From NCBI GenBank assembly GCA_046583355.1, contig JAYGCM010000057.1:37887-101886 (forward strand): a stretch of DNA of 64,000 nucleotides, written 5' to 3'. The notes under the pieces are model-generated. The model did not search any database, was not told the DNA's origin, and saw only the letters and a program-made list of their open reading frames with translations. Shown here one piece after another: positions 9,514 through 19,859 of this stretch. The stretch is from Deltaproteobacteria bacterium. Lineage in GTDB: Bacteria; Desulfobacterota; Binatia; UBA12015. Within the stretch, counting starts at the first letter, position 1; each line of letters starts with the position of its first letter. Position numbers and translations under genes: made by a program.

Positions 9514-11034
9514 ATGGTAGCGTTGCCCGTCTTCGCAGGGTTGCGGAGCAGCCTTGTCGTGGCACAACTTCTCATTCCCATCCGACCCCATAAAAGGGTC
9601 CGCCTGCCGGTGACATTAGCGACCATCCTGGTGCCGCTGGTGGGCCTTTTCATCATCCTGAACGTGGCTCCCGTGCGCAGTCCGCTGACCGAAGCCGAAG
9701 CACCCTTGGCGCTGGCCGCGCGCTACCCCGACCGTATGCTGCTGGATGCGAGCACCTTGCCGCCCACAACGGCTGCCAGCGTAGCGTTAGCCAGCATCGG
9801 GCCGAAGCTGATCGGCACGAGCGAGTTCCATCTGCGTATTCTGGGCCTGCTTGCTGGACTCGGCGCCCTCGCGCTGATGATCCGGCTCGGCGAGCGACTC
9901 TTCTCGACGCGGGTCGGCATCGTTGCCGCCTTGTTGCTTGTCGCGACGCCGGCGGGCCGCGCCCTGCTCGGCACGCAGCTCTCGGCCGAGCCTTTCTATC
10001 TGATCGCCACCTTCGCCGCGCTCGGAGCGGCGCGCAGCCTCGCAGTCTCGCGCTCCTCGGGCCTATGGGCCGGTATCGCCATCGGGGTTGCCGTAGCCCT
10101 GGCCGGCCCGCGTGCGCTCTGGCTTGTCGGCGTCGTGGGTTTCTGGCTCTGGCGCCTGCGCGGCCTCAATCTCCGTAGCGCCCTGACCGTATGCTTCGTG
10201 GTCGCGCTCTCCGCCGGCACTACGGCCCTTCTCAGTGGGGCACTTCTGGTCGTGCTCCGGCCCGGACCTTTGCCGCCCCTGCTGCTGCAACCCTTTGCCG
10301 ACGGCATCGCCTGGAACCCCGCACTCTTCCTGCTCGGCTTGCTCTTCTTCGCTCCCGTCGTACCCCTGGCGGTACTCGGCACCCTGCACCGCCCGGCGCT
10401 CTGGCGCCTGCGCGGTTCACCTCGTTTCCTCGCCATCTGGCTATCCTTTGCTCTTGTCGAATTCATCATCTCCGGTCATGGCGCGAACCTCTATATCGGC
10501 CTCAGCTTTGGCGTCGCCGTCCCTGCGGTCTGGGCAATTGAGAACGCACCGCGGCGCACGGCGATTTTCGCGCTCACGGCCTCAGCCGTGCTCGCCATGG
10601 CCTTGATCACCGTGGCTCCCGAGAACGCCGAGCTCCGCTCGCGCGAGCGCTGGGCGGCACGCGAAACCAGCCGCTTCGTGCGCCGCACGGTACCCGAGGG
10701 AGCCACCCTTCTCGCCACCGACAGGCTGCGCGGCCGGATCGCGTATTACGCACGGCGCACGACGCGTCCGAGCCACGACGGCATGGATAGCGCCGCCGTG
10801 CATTGGGAAATCATCCCGCGCCATATCCTCACCACGGCCGGAGCCGACCTGGCCCTGCCGCGCAACCTCCAGGTCGAAGGAGAAGATGCCCGTATCCTTG
10901 CCGAGATCGGCCCCTATGTACTGAGCCGCGTTGGGACACCTCCGCCGACTCCTGCGCCGGCCACCGATCCCCAGGCGCGGACTGCCTTGATCGGGAACCG
11001 ACATTCTGGCAACGCGGTAGCTGTCTATGAGTGA
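9514..11034 (+). CDS. ArnT/PMT-like GT-C membrane glycosyltransferase (GT39/GT83-like)
   Basis: About 12 TM segments; EAE..LAAR...PP...LIGTSEFHLRILGLLAG...RLGERLF..RVGIVAALLL resembles the PMT_2 N-terminus. Soluble C-terminal tail. Confidence 0.65.
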   Translation: MVALPVFAGLRSSLVVAQLLIPIRPHKRVRLPVTLATILVPLVGLFIILNVAPVRSPLTEAEAPLALAARYPDRMLLDASTLPPTTAASVALASIGPKLIGTSEFHLRILGLLAGLGALALMIRLGERLFSTRVGIVAALLLVATPAGRALLGTQLSAEPFYLIATFAALGAARSLAVSRSSGLWAGIAIGVAVALAGPRALWLVGVVGFWLWRLRGLNLRSALTVCFVVALSAGTTALLSGALLVVLRPGPLPPLLLQPFADGIAWNPALFLLGLLFFAPVVPLAVLGTLHRPALWRLRGSPRFLAIWLSFALVEFIISGHGANLYIGLSFGVAVPAVWAIENAPRRTAIFALTASAVLAMALITVAPENAELRSRERWAARETSRFVRRTVPEGATLLATDRLRGRIAYYARRTTRPSHDGMDSAAVHWEIIPRHILTTAGADLALPRNLQVEGEDARILAEIGPYVLSRVGTPPPTPAPATDPQARTALIGNRHSGNAVAVYE

Positions 11035-11590
11035 AATCAGCAGCGAAACTCCGAAGGAAGAAACAACTCCTGAGGAGCCCCAGGTCCGCTGGTGGATCGA
11101 TACCGGCAAGACCGGCGGACGTGGCCGGCGGGGAGCGGCGCCTGAGATTCCGGCCGAACGTGTCCTCGGGGAGTCGATCTTCGCGGTTGGCGCCGGCTTC
11201 GACGAAGACCGCGCTCGTACCCAGCTGACGGGTTCCAATATGAACCTGATCCGCGAAGCCAACCCGACGCCGGGAGAGTGGGCCTACCTCGCGCCCGTCG
11301 AGTCGACTTCGACGCCAGAACAAATCGAAAAAACCAAGAAATTCCTTCACCTTCCCCAATGGGCGCTAGGCGTCTTGGTGGATTCCGGCATCTCGATCCG
11401 CGCGATCGCCACCGGCGACCCACCCGGCGCACAAATCGTCGAACTGCGGCTGGGCAAGGACTCTTCTTTCGATGCCTGGCATGAAGGCGAATGGGTGCGC
11501 GAGCAGGTCTTTCGCGACCGCCACCGTGCACTCCGCGAGGGCTCTGGATTCTTGGAGCGTAATCTCGCTCGGCGCGATCGCCTCGGGTGA
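11027..11590 (+). CDS. Hypothetical protein
   Basis: 187-aa ORF with protein-like composition; overlaps the upstream gene by 8 nt. Confidence 0.7.
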   Translation: MSEISSETPKEETTPEEPQVRWWIDTGKTGGRGRRGAAPEIPAERVLGESIFAVGAGFDEDRARTQLTGSNMNLIREANPTPGEWAYLAPVESTSTPEQIEKTKKFLHLPQWALGVLVDSGISIRAIATGDPPGAQIVELRLGKDSSFDAWHEGEWVREQVFRDRHRALREGSGFLERNLARRDRLG

Positions 11591-11621
11591 TTTCCCGCCG
11601 GCCATGGAGTATCCCTGCTGA

Positions 11622-11969
11622 ATGGGAGACGCGCCGGACAAAGAAGACCTCTACGATGAGGGCCTCGACCTTGCCTTCGACGGCAAATACCACGAGGCGA
11701 TTGGCAAATACCGCGAGGCCGTCGCACTCGACGCCACCTACGCCGATGCGATTCTCGGCATCGCGATGGCGCATGCCGAACTCGACGAACTCGACGAGGC
11801 AATCGAGGCCGCCAAGCAACTCTGCGCGATCGACCCCGACGATATCCTCGCCCATACCAGCCTCTCGACGTTCTATATGCGCAAGGAAATGGTCCCCGAG
11901 GCCGAGGCCGAATCGGCCAAGGCGCGTATGCTCGATTGGAAGCGTCAACTCAAGGAAGGCAACTCATAA
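11622..11969 (+). CDS. Tetratricopeptide-repeat protein
   Basis: GKYHEAIGKYREAVALDATYADA, LDEAIEAAKQLCAIDPDDILAHTSLS (TPR pattern). Confidence 0.85.
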   Translation: MGDAPDKEDLYDEGLDLAFDGKYHEAIGKYREAVALDATYADAILGIAMAHAELDELDEAIEAAKQLCAIDPDDILAHTSLSTFYMRKEMVPEAEAESAKARMLDWKRQLKEGNS

Positions 11970-12244
11970 TGAGTGACGGAGAGAGGCCAGATGCCTATTA
12001 TGTCGGGCGCCTGCTCGGCAAGCTCAAACTCCTCATCGCCACCGACGACGAAGTTCCGATGGATACCAAACTCGACACCCAGGCGATGATCAAGGAGTTC
12101 GCGCGCCACCTCTCCGCCCCGCTAGACGAGCAGGATGTGCCGACCTTGCAAGCACAGCATAACCACCTGCTTGTCGAGCTTGAGGACTTCCCCAACTGCG
12201 AGTCGCTGCTGCTTGCGCTGCCGAACTTCGCGCCCAACCTCTAG
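11969..12244 (+). CDS. Hypothetical protein (91 aa)
   Basis: ATG overlaps the TPR stop (TAATG); MSDGERPDAYYVGRLLGKLKLLIATDD... Confidence 0.7.
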   Translation: MSDGERPDAYYVGRLLGKLKLLIATDDEVPMDTKLDTQAMIKEFARHLSAPLDEQDVPTLQAQHNHLLVELEDFPNCESLLLALPNFAPNL

Positions 12245-12261
12245 ACGCCGCCGATTGCGCC

Positions 12262-13362
12262 ATGACGGCTCGCGAACTCAGCCAGCGCGTGCGCGCTGCC
12301 ATCGGAGAGACAGCGGCAGACCCGCAGGCCCCCTTTGCCTTCGACGCACTCGCCGAGGAGATTTTCGCTTTCCAATTTTCTCATTGCGAAATCTATCGTC
12401 GTTTTTGTGAGCGACGAGGTATCCGGCCGGGAGATACCACGACCTGGAAGGAAATCCCGGCGCTGCCCACCAGCGCCTTCAAGGCGCTGGACCTCGCCTG
12501 TGGCGATGCCGAGCAGGTTTTCCTCACCAGCGGGACGACGCAAGGCGAGGAACGGCGGGGCCGCCACCTGATGCCCGATGTCGCACTCTACCGCGAGTCC
12601 GCGGTGGCACATTTCCGCCGCATGGTGCTGCCCGATGGAGCCCGGCCACGCATCGTCGGCCTTCTCGCCGGGCCGGCCGAGACACCCCAATCCTCGCTTA
12701 TGCAAATGGTCGAATGGCTCCGCATTGAACTCGGTGACGACGCCCCCGAATACCTGGTCGATGCCGCGGGTTTCAATGCCGCGGCCGCCACTTCTCGCCT
12801 GCGCATACTTGCCGCCGAGGCGCGTCCTCTGTGCCTGATCGGCGTGCGCACGGTCTTTACCGCGCTGCTGGACCACCTCCGCGCCGCCGGAGAAGAGATC
12901 GAGTTTCCGGCCGATACCCGTATCGTCGAGACCGGCGGACCCAAAGGCGGCCGCACCCTCTCCGACAACGGGCTGCGCCGCTCGGCCTGGGACCTGCTCG
13001 GCGTACCCGGATATTATTGCCTCGGCGAATACGGCATGACCGAGCTCTCTTCCCAATATTACGACGATGTCCTGGAGCGCCGCTTTGCCGGCTCCAACGC
13101 AAAACGGCGCAAGCTCGCACCGCCGTGGCTGCGCTCGGTGGCCGTCGACCCCGAAACCCTCGCCCCGCTACCCGATGGCGAAAAAGGCCTGCTACGACAC
13201 GTCGACCTCGCCAACGCGCTCTCCGTGCTGGCCGTACAAACCGAAGACCTCGGCATCGTCACGGGCCCCTACCTCGAATTACACGGCCGCCAACCGGGGG
13301 CCGAGCCACGCGGTTGCGCGCTGGCCCTGGCGCACCTGCTCGAAGGCGAGACACGCGGTTGA
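12262..13362 (+). CDS. LuxE-family acyl-protein synthetase (long-chain fatty acid ligase)
   Basis: FAFQFSHCEIYRRF, WKEIPALPTSAFK, FLTSGTT, ETGGPKG, EYGMTELSSQYY, DLAN..SV.AVQTEDLG, and C-terminal GR..GAEPRGC carrying the acylated Cys of LuxE. Confidence 0.88.
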   Translation: MTARELSQRVRAAIGETAADPQAPFAFDALAEEIFAFQFSHCEIYRRFCERRGIRPGDTTTWKEIPALPTSAFKALDLACGDAEQVFLTSGTTQGEERRGRHLMPDVALYRESAVAHFRRMVLPDGARPRIVGLLAGPAETPQSSLMQMVEWLRIELGDDAPEYLVDAAGFNAAAATSRLRILAAEARPLCLIGVRTVFTALLDHLRAAGEEIEFPADTRIVETGGPKGGRTLSDNGLRRSAWDLLGVPGYYCLGEYGMTELSSQYYDDVLERRFAGSNAKRRKLAPPWLRSVAVDPETLAPLPDGEKGLLRHVDLANALSVLAVQTEDLGIVTGPYLELHGRQPGAEPRGCALALAHLLEGETRG

Positions 13363-15788
13363 GCGCCGATGAATTCACGCGCTCGCTTGCCGAACTCATC
13401 CAGGCTGGACGTGCGTTACGCGAGCAACCCCGCAGCGCCCGCATCCGCCGGCTGGGCACGATCCTCGAGGGCTTGCTCGCACCCCAAAGCGACCTCATAG
13501 GCTGGGCAAGCGAAATCGCCGAAAGCACCGGCTACGCCACCCCAATGGTCGAAGTCTGCCTGCGACGAAGCCTTGCGGCCTGGAACGACCCGGCTCTGAC
13601 GGAGAATATCGCCACGGCCGAGAGCGCGCCGGGTGAGCATGCGGCGCCCGACCTCATCGCCGCCATTCTCGCGCAGAATACACCGGGGCTGGCGATCGGA
13701 CCGATCGTAACCGCGCTGGCTCTGGGCTCCGCTGTGGTGGTGAAAAGTGCGCGCGGCGAGCCGCATTTCGCCGAGCGTTTCGTCGCGGCAATTCGCGCCA
13801 AGGACCCGATTCTCGGAGCGGCCTGTGCAGCGTGGGTCTGGCAGGGCGGCGACCCGGATTTCGAAAACCCGCTGGCCGAGGCCGCCGACCGCATCCTCGT
13901 CTACGGCGACAGGGCGACGATCGCCTCCTGGCGCGAGCGCGCCGGCGAGCGCGTCGTCGCACACGGGCCGCGCATCAGTCTCGCCTTGGTCGGGGACGGA
14001 CTCGATGCCGCGGGCCTCACAGCATTGGCCGAGGATATCGCCTTTCTCGACGGACGCGGCTGCCTCTCGCCGCAGGCGATCCTGACAACACCGGAGGTCG
14101 ACGCCACGCGGCTCGGCGCCGGACTCGCCCGCGAATTGGAACTCATTGCCCGACAATGGCCGCGGCGCCGCTTGGCAGGCAGCGCGGCCGCAGGCTTCCG
14201 CCAGGCTGTCGCCAGCGCCGAGATGGCGCTGGCCGCCGGCGCTGCCGGGGCTCTCTTCGGCGGGCACGCGGCGGGCTTCGCGATCGAAGTCCGCGCCGAG
14301 GCCCGAACCCCGGCGCGGGAATCCGCCTCGGCCCTGGAGCCGTCTCCGTTGGATCGCTTCATCCGTATCTATCCGCTGGCGGGTGCCGAAGCCCTGGCCG
14401 CCGCGCTCCGGCCACTGCGCGAGAATCTCGAATGCATCGGCGTAGGCGGTGCGATCGGCGCGCCCTTCGAGGCGACGCTGCGCCGCGCCGGCGTGCCACG
14501 AATCTGCCAAATCGGTTCGATGCAAGACCCGCCGGCCGCCTGGCAGCCGGCCGGCCCCTTCCTGCACACGCGCCACGATGAGCGGCCCGGCGCGCCCGGC
14601 GACCTGCCCGAGCGCTTCCGCCGCGTCGTCGCACAGACCTCGGAGGCACCGCGCGCGCTTGAGGTCGTCCGTGCGCGCGGCGCCCATATCTTCACCAGCG
14701 ACGGCCAGGCCCACCTCGACCTGCTGGCAGGAATCGGCGTCGCATCGGTCGGCCACGCGCACCCGCGGGTCGCCGCAGCCGTCGCGCGCCAGGCCCGCCT
14801 CTATACCCACGTGATGGTCTACGGCGAAGACGCGCTGGCACCGCAGGTCGAACTGGCCGAGCGCCTCACGGCACGCCTGCCCGCGCATCTCGAAGCCGTC
14901 TACTTCACCAATAGCGGCACCGAAGCGATCGAAGGTGCGCTCAAGCTGGTGCGCAAGGCCACCGGACGCACGCGAGTGCTCTCCTTTGAAGGTGCCTTCC
15001 ACGGCGACACCACCGGCTCGGTCGCGCTTGGCGGCAACCCGCTCTACCGCGAGCCCTTCCGCCCGCTGATCGAAGGCATCGAGCAGATCCCCTGGAATGA
15101 TGTCGACGCGCTGGCGCGCATCGACGAGACCACCGCTGCCGTCTTTGCCGAACCCGTGCAGGCTGAGGCCGGCGTGCGCCTTCCTGCGGCGGATTTCCTG
15201 CCGCGCCTACGCGCGCGCTGCACCGAGGTCGGCGCCCTGCTGGTCTTCGATGAGGTCGTGACCGCCTTCGGCCGTACCGGCCGCTTCTGGGGTTTCGAGC
15301 ATTGGCCCGAGGCGGCCCCCGACGTATTGGTGCTGGCAAAATCTCTCGGCGGCGGGCTGCCGCTGGGAGCCTTTATCGCCTCCCACCAACTACTCGCATC
15401 CCTCTCAAGCGATCCGCCGCTGGGCCATGTGACAACCTTCGGCGGCAACCCGGTCTGCTGCGCCGCAGCACTTGCCGCCTTGGACGTTCTTGAAGAAGAA
15501 GCATTGGTCGAGCGCAGCGCGCGTGTCGGTGCCCTCTTCCTTGAAGAGCTGCGCGCGCTGGTCGGCCACGGCGGCCTGGTAGAGGTCCGCGGCCTCGGCA
15601 TGCTGCTTGGGCTGGAGTTCGCAACGCCACAGGCGTGCCTGGCGTTTGCCGAAGCCTGCCGCGCCCGCCACCTGCTGCTCGGCTGGACCCTGCACGAAGA
15701 CCGCGTGATCCGGCTCGCGCCGCCTCTGATCCTCAGCGACCCCGAACGCAGACACGCCGTGACCGAAATCCGCGCCGCCCTCGCCTGA
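13359..15788 (+). CDS. Fusion protein: LuxC-type acyl-CoA/acyl-protein reductase + class-III PLP aminotransferase (809 aa)
   Basis: TTG start overlaps the luxE-like stop (TTGA). N-half: ILAQNTPG, VVKSARGE, WQGG, VYGD..TI, HGPRISL, DIAFLDGRGCLSPQ, RICQIGSMQDPP. C-half: LDLLAGIGV..VGHAHP, FTNSGTEAIEGALK, FHG, EPVQAEAG, FDEVVTAFGRTG, PDVLVLAKSLGGG, TTFGGNP. No stop between the halves. Confidence 0.88.
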   Translation: MSADEFTRSLAELIQAGRALREQPRSARIRRLGTILEGLLAPQSDLIGWASEIAESTGYATPMVEVCLRRSLAAWNDPALTENIATAESAPGEHAAPDLIAAILAQNTPGLAIGPIVTALALGSAVVVKSARGEPHFAERFVAAIRAKDPILGAACAAWVWQGGDPDFENPLAEAADRILVYGDRATIASWRERAGERVVAHGPRISLALVGDGLDAAGLTALAEDIAFLDGRGCLSPQAILTTPEVDATRLGAGLARELELIARQWPRRRLAGSAAAGFRQAVASAEMALAAGAAGALFGGHAAGFAIEVRAEARTPARESASALEPSPLDRFIRIYPLAGAEALAAALRPLRENLECIGVGGAIGAPFEATLRRAGVPRICQIGSMQDPPAAWQPAGPFLHTRHDERPGAPGDLPERFRRVVAQTSEAPRALEVVRARGAHIFTSDGQAHLDLLAGIGVASVGHAHPRVAAAVARQARLYTHVMVYGEDALAPQVELAERLTARLPAHLEAVYFTNSGTEAIEGALKLVRKATGRTRVLSFEGAFHGDTTGSVALGGNPLYREPFRPLIEGIEQIPWNDVDALARIDETTAAVFAEPVQAEAGVRLPAADFLPRLRARCTEVGALLVFDEVVTAFGRTGRFWGFEHWPEAAPDVLVLAKSLGGGLPLGAFIASHQLLASLSSDPPLGHVTTFGGNPVCCAAALAALDVLEEEALVERSARVGALFLEELRALVGHGGLVEVRGLGMLLGLEFATPQACLAFAEACRARHLLLGWTLHEDRVIRLAPPLILSDPERRHAVTEIRAALA

Positions 15789-15962
15789 GCCCGGTGGGGA
15801 CGGAGCCCAGTCCTGTGGGGACGTGTGTTACCTATACTCCTCAGCTGCTGGTGCAGGAGTTGTTGGCCGCGCCGTCGTCGAGTTCGTCGCAGATCAGCTC
15901 GAGCCCCATGGTACCGTTCAGAGTACGGCAGGCCCGGATCGGCGGCGGATTCGCACCCAGCC

Positions 15963-17067
<1,105 letters not shown>

Positions 17068-17145
17068 GCGCGCTTGGATAACGAAGCCCGACGCGGGACG
17101 CATCCCGGCCATGCACTTTCGCCGCGAAACCGTAAGAATACCCCG

Positions 17146-18195
17146 ATGCCAACCAGAACCGAGCGTCGAGGTGCCGTGGGCATCCTCGTCAATCCCTCTT
17201 CCGGGCGTGACGTACGACGCCTGGCGGCGCGCGCCCGCCAGCAGACGATCGAAGCCAAGCGCAATCAGGTGGCGCGCATCGCCGTCGGGATTGCGGCCGC
17301 TGGCGCCCGCACGGCCGTCGTGATGCAGGACCCGATGCGGGCTGCCACCGCTGCGCTCGAGCATATCGGCATCGATATCGAGGTTGAGATTCTCGACGTC
17401 GGCGCCAGCCTCAAGGCCGCCGATACCGCTGCCGCCACCGAGAAGATGCGCGCCTTCGGCTGTGGCGCGATCGTGGTGCTCGGTGGCGACGGCACCAACC
17501 GGGTGGTCGCCGGCGCCTGGCCGGACGCACCTCTGGTCCCTCTCTCGACCGGCACCAATAATGTCTTCCCGGTCCTCGCAGAAGCGACCATGGCAGGTGC
17601 CGCCGCAGGCCTGATCGCAGCCGGCCGGCTACCCCTCGATTCTGTCTCGACACAGGCCAAGATCGTGCATATCGAGAGTGCTGCCGGCGAGACCATCGCG
17701 CTGATCGACGCCGTGCGCCTGGAGGGCGACCACAAGGGCAACCTCATGCCCTTCGACCCGCCGATGCTCCGCGATATCATCCTGACCCGCGCCGAACCCG
17801 CGGCCATCGGCATGTCGCCGATTGGCGGCCTGCTCCTACCATGTTCCCTCGACGACGATTTCGGCGTGCATGTGCGCTGCACCGACCACGCAGGCGGCGG
17901 CCGGCCGCTGCTCGCGCCGATCTCACCGGGACTCTACGGGACGGTTCATATCGCCGATGTGCGACGCGTCGAGCTCGGCGAGCGAATCGCCATCTCGGGG
18001 CCCGGCGTGCTTGCCTTTGACGGCGACCGCGAGCTTGTCCTGCGCGCCGGCGAACAGGCCTTCGCCACCATTCGGCGTGACGGCCCGCGCGTCATCGACG
18101 TCGGGCGGGCCTTGCACGAAGCCGCGCGGCTGGGCCTCTACGTTGACCGCGGCCCGTTTCACGATTCGCACGGCGACGCCCCGGGCTGCTGCTGA
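17146..18195 (+). CDS. ATP-NAD kinase-like / AcoX-family protein
   Basis: GILVNPSSGRDVRRL, LGGDGTNRVVA, PLSTGTNNVFP, AFDGDRE. Confidence 0.82.
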   Translation: MPTRTERRGAVGILVNPSSGRDVRRLAARARQQTIEAKRNQVARIAVGIAAAGARTAVVMQDPMRAATAALEHIGIDIEVEILDVGASLKAADTAAATEKMRAFGCGAIVVLGGDGTNRVVAGAWPDAPLVPLSTGTNNVFPVLAEATMAGAAAGLIAAGRLPLDSVSTQAKIVHIESAAGETIALIDAVRLEGDHKGNLMPFDPPMLRDIILTRAEPAAIGMSPIGGLLLPCSLDDDFGVHVRCTDHAGGGRPLLAPISPGLYGTVHIADVRRVELGERIAISGPGVLAFDGDRELVLRAGEQAFATIRRDGPRVIDVGRALHEAARLGLYVDRGPFHDSHGDAPGCC

Positions 18196-18225
18196 GTCCG
18201 CGCCGCCGGAGGCCCAGCCGGACGT

Positions 18226-19419
18226 CTAAAGCCCCAGCGACTCCTCGACCAGACCGAGATGGACCTCGGCGCAATCGAGCCAGACCTTCTCGCTGATGAA
18301 GGCATGCTGCGAGCCGGTATGGAGGTCGCGGAAGCAGCGCTCCAGCACGCTGCCCTTGCGGATCGCCGCTGTCCCCGCATAGCGGTGCGCGAATTCTGCT
18401 GCCTCGATCGCGGCCTCGGTTGCCAGGTTGGTTGCCAGCCGCACGTCCGCACGCTGCGCCAGCGTCGGCTCGGCGCCGGCGTCCGCCACCTGCTGCAATT
18501 CATCGAAGGTCGCAAAGACGAAGAGACGCGCGGCGCGCAATTTCGCCTCGTGTACCATCAGCCCCTTCTGGAAGGTCGGTTTCTGCGCGATCGGCGCGGG
18601 GTCGCCCATTCGGACGCGGTCCCTGGCCAATGCGGCCACCTCGTCGAGCGCGCGGCGGCCAACGCCCAGCGCCCAGGCGGCGTGCCCCGAGGAGGTAAAG
18701 GGCATCATGCCGAGGCGGAAATGGGGATTGCCGCGTAGCGGCGTGCGCGAGAAGAGCGGGAAGGTGAACTCTGTGGGGACGAAGACGTCGCTGAGTTCGT
18801 AATCGTAGCTGCCCGTGCCCGCGAGCCCCATAACGAACCAGCCATCTTTGAAATCAACCTTGTCACGCGGCACCACCGCGACCATCATCTCCGGCAACCC
18901 ACCCTCGGCCATGATCGGCTGACCGTCGGCGTCGAGCGGCATGAAGCCGGATGCGATATAATTCGAATGCCCCGAGCCACTGCCGAACGAATAGCTGCCG
19001 CTGACCCGGTAGCCACCCTCTTCCATCGTCGCGGTACCCCGCGGAAAGAGCTGCCCACCGAGAGTCGCGGCCGGGTTACCGGCAAAAATAGTCTCAACCG
19101 CGGCATCGGGCAGAAAAGCCGCCACCGCCGCGGCGCCAGCGCCATTGGCCATGGCCGTCCACCCCGCCGAACCATCGGCGCGCGAGAGCTCCTCCCAGAC
19201 CTCCAGCACCTCGCGAAACCCGCAGGCCTCGCCACCGAGCTCTTCGGGCAGGACAAAAGAGAAAAGCCCGGCGTCGGCAAGCGCCGTAACGCTCTCGGCG
19301 GGCAGCGTCCGCGCCGCCTCCGCCGCGTCTGCATTCGCTTCCAATACCGGAGAAATTTCACGCGCCCGCGCAAGCGGCGTCTTGGTGGCCAGATTCGTCA
19401 CACTCATGCTCGGCGACAT
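18226..19419 (-). CDS. Acyl-CoA dehydrogenase-fold flavin-dependent monooxygenase (HsaA/HpaC2-like oxygenase component)
   Basis: LSRADGSAGW, GGYRVSGSYSFGSGSGHS, WFVMGLAGTGSYD...DVFVP, LERCFRDLHTGSQH. Confidence 0.85.
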   Translation of the reverse strand: MSPSMSVTNLATKTPLARAREISPVLEANADAAEAARTLPAESVTALADAGLFSFVLPEELGGEACGFREVLEVWEELSRADGSAGWTAMANGAGAAAVAAFLPDAAVETIFAGNPAATLGGQLFPRGTATMEEGGYRVSGSYSFGSGSGHSNYIASGFMPLDADGQPIMAEGGLPEMMVAVVPRDKVDFKDGWFVMGLAGTGSYDYELSDVFVPTEFTFPLFSRTPLRGNPHFRLGMMPFTSSGHAAWALGVGRRALDEVAALARDRVRMGDPAPIAQKPTFQKGLMVHEAKLRAARLFVFATFDELQQVADAGAEPTLAQRADVRLATNLATEAAIEAAEFAHRYAGTAAIRKGSVLERCFRDLHTGSQHAFISEKVWLDCAEVHLGLVEESLGL

Positions 19420-19469
19420 TATCACCCGCCCAGCCAGCCGCCAGCTACACTTAACCGGAGATCAGCCGC

Positions 19470-19556
19470 TCAATCCGGATCAATGACCAATGGCGCGTTG
19501 TTTTCCGCTGGCTTTCCGGCAACGCGCTCGACGTCGAAGTAGTCGATTACGATTAG
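19470..19556 (+). pseudogene. higB: HigB (RelE-type) toxin remnant, C-terminal fragment only
   Basis: Reads SIRINDQWRVVFRWLSGNALDVEVVDYD*, matching the HigB C-terminus. An in-frame TAA lies just upstream, there is no start codon, and it sits directly before higA. Confidence 0.8.
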
Positions 19557-19575
19557 CGCGGTTGGAGAAGAGACA

Positions 19576-19842
19576 ATGAAAAGACCCAAAAATCCGTTCC
19601 ATCCCGGCGAGATGCTCCTCAAGGAGTTTCTCATACCGGCGCAGATGGCGCAGGCTGCATTCGCGAAGAACGTGGGCTGGACACGCGCCCGGCTCAATGA
19701 ATTGATCCGGGGCAAGCGTGGAGTCACCGCCGAGTCGGCCCTCGATCTCGCAGACGCCCTGGGAACCTCGGCCAAACTCTGGATGAACCTGCAGGCGACC
19801 TGGGATCTCGAGCAGGCCCGCAAGCGGCGTGACGCCGCCTGA
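19576..19842 (+). CDS. higA: HigA-family antitoxin (HTH)
   Basis: HPGEMLLKEFL, RLNELIRGKRGVTAESALDLADALGTSAKLWMNLQATWDL. Confidence 0.93.
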   Translation: MKRPKNPFHPGEMLLKEFLIPAQMAQAAFAKNVGWTRARLNELIRGKRGVTAESALDLADALGTSAKLWMNLQATWDLEQARKRRDAA

Positions 19843-19859
19843 GTGTCGCGCGGGGTTCT

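Noticed and set aside
12831..13358. N-terminal 176 aa of the 985-aa ORF in the track
   Set aside because: It overlaps the luxE-like gene out of frame and is Arg/Pro-rich noise. The likely start is the TTG at 13359.
12262..15788. Bioluminescence (lux) operon
   Set aside because: Only luxE-like and luxC-like domains are present; there is no luciferase (luxAB), luxD or luxG in the window.
15841..15909. 22-aa minus-strand ORF MGLELICDELDDGAANNSCTSS downstream of prfB as a possible peptide precursor
   Set aside because: No RBS, no adjacent modifying enzymes, and too short to support. The nearby GTGGGGACG duplication is only 9 nt.
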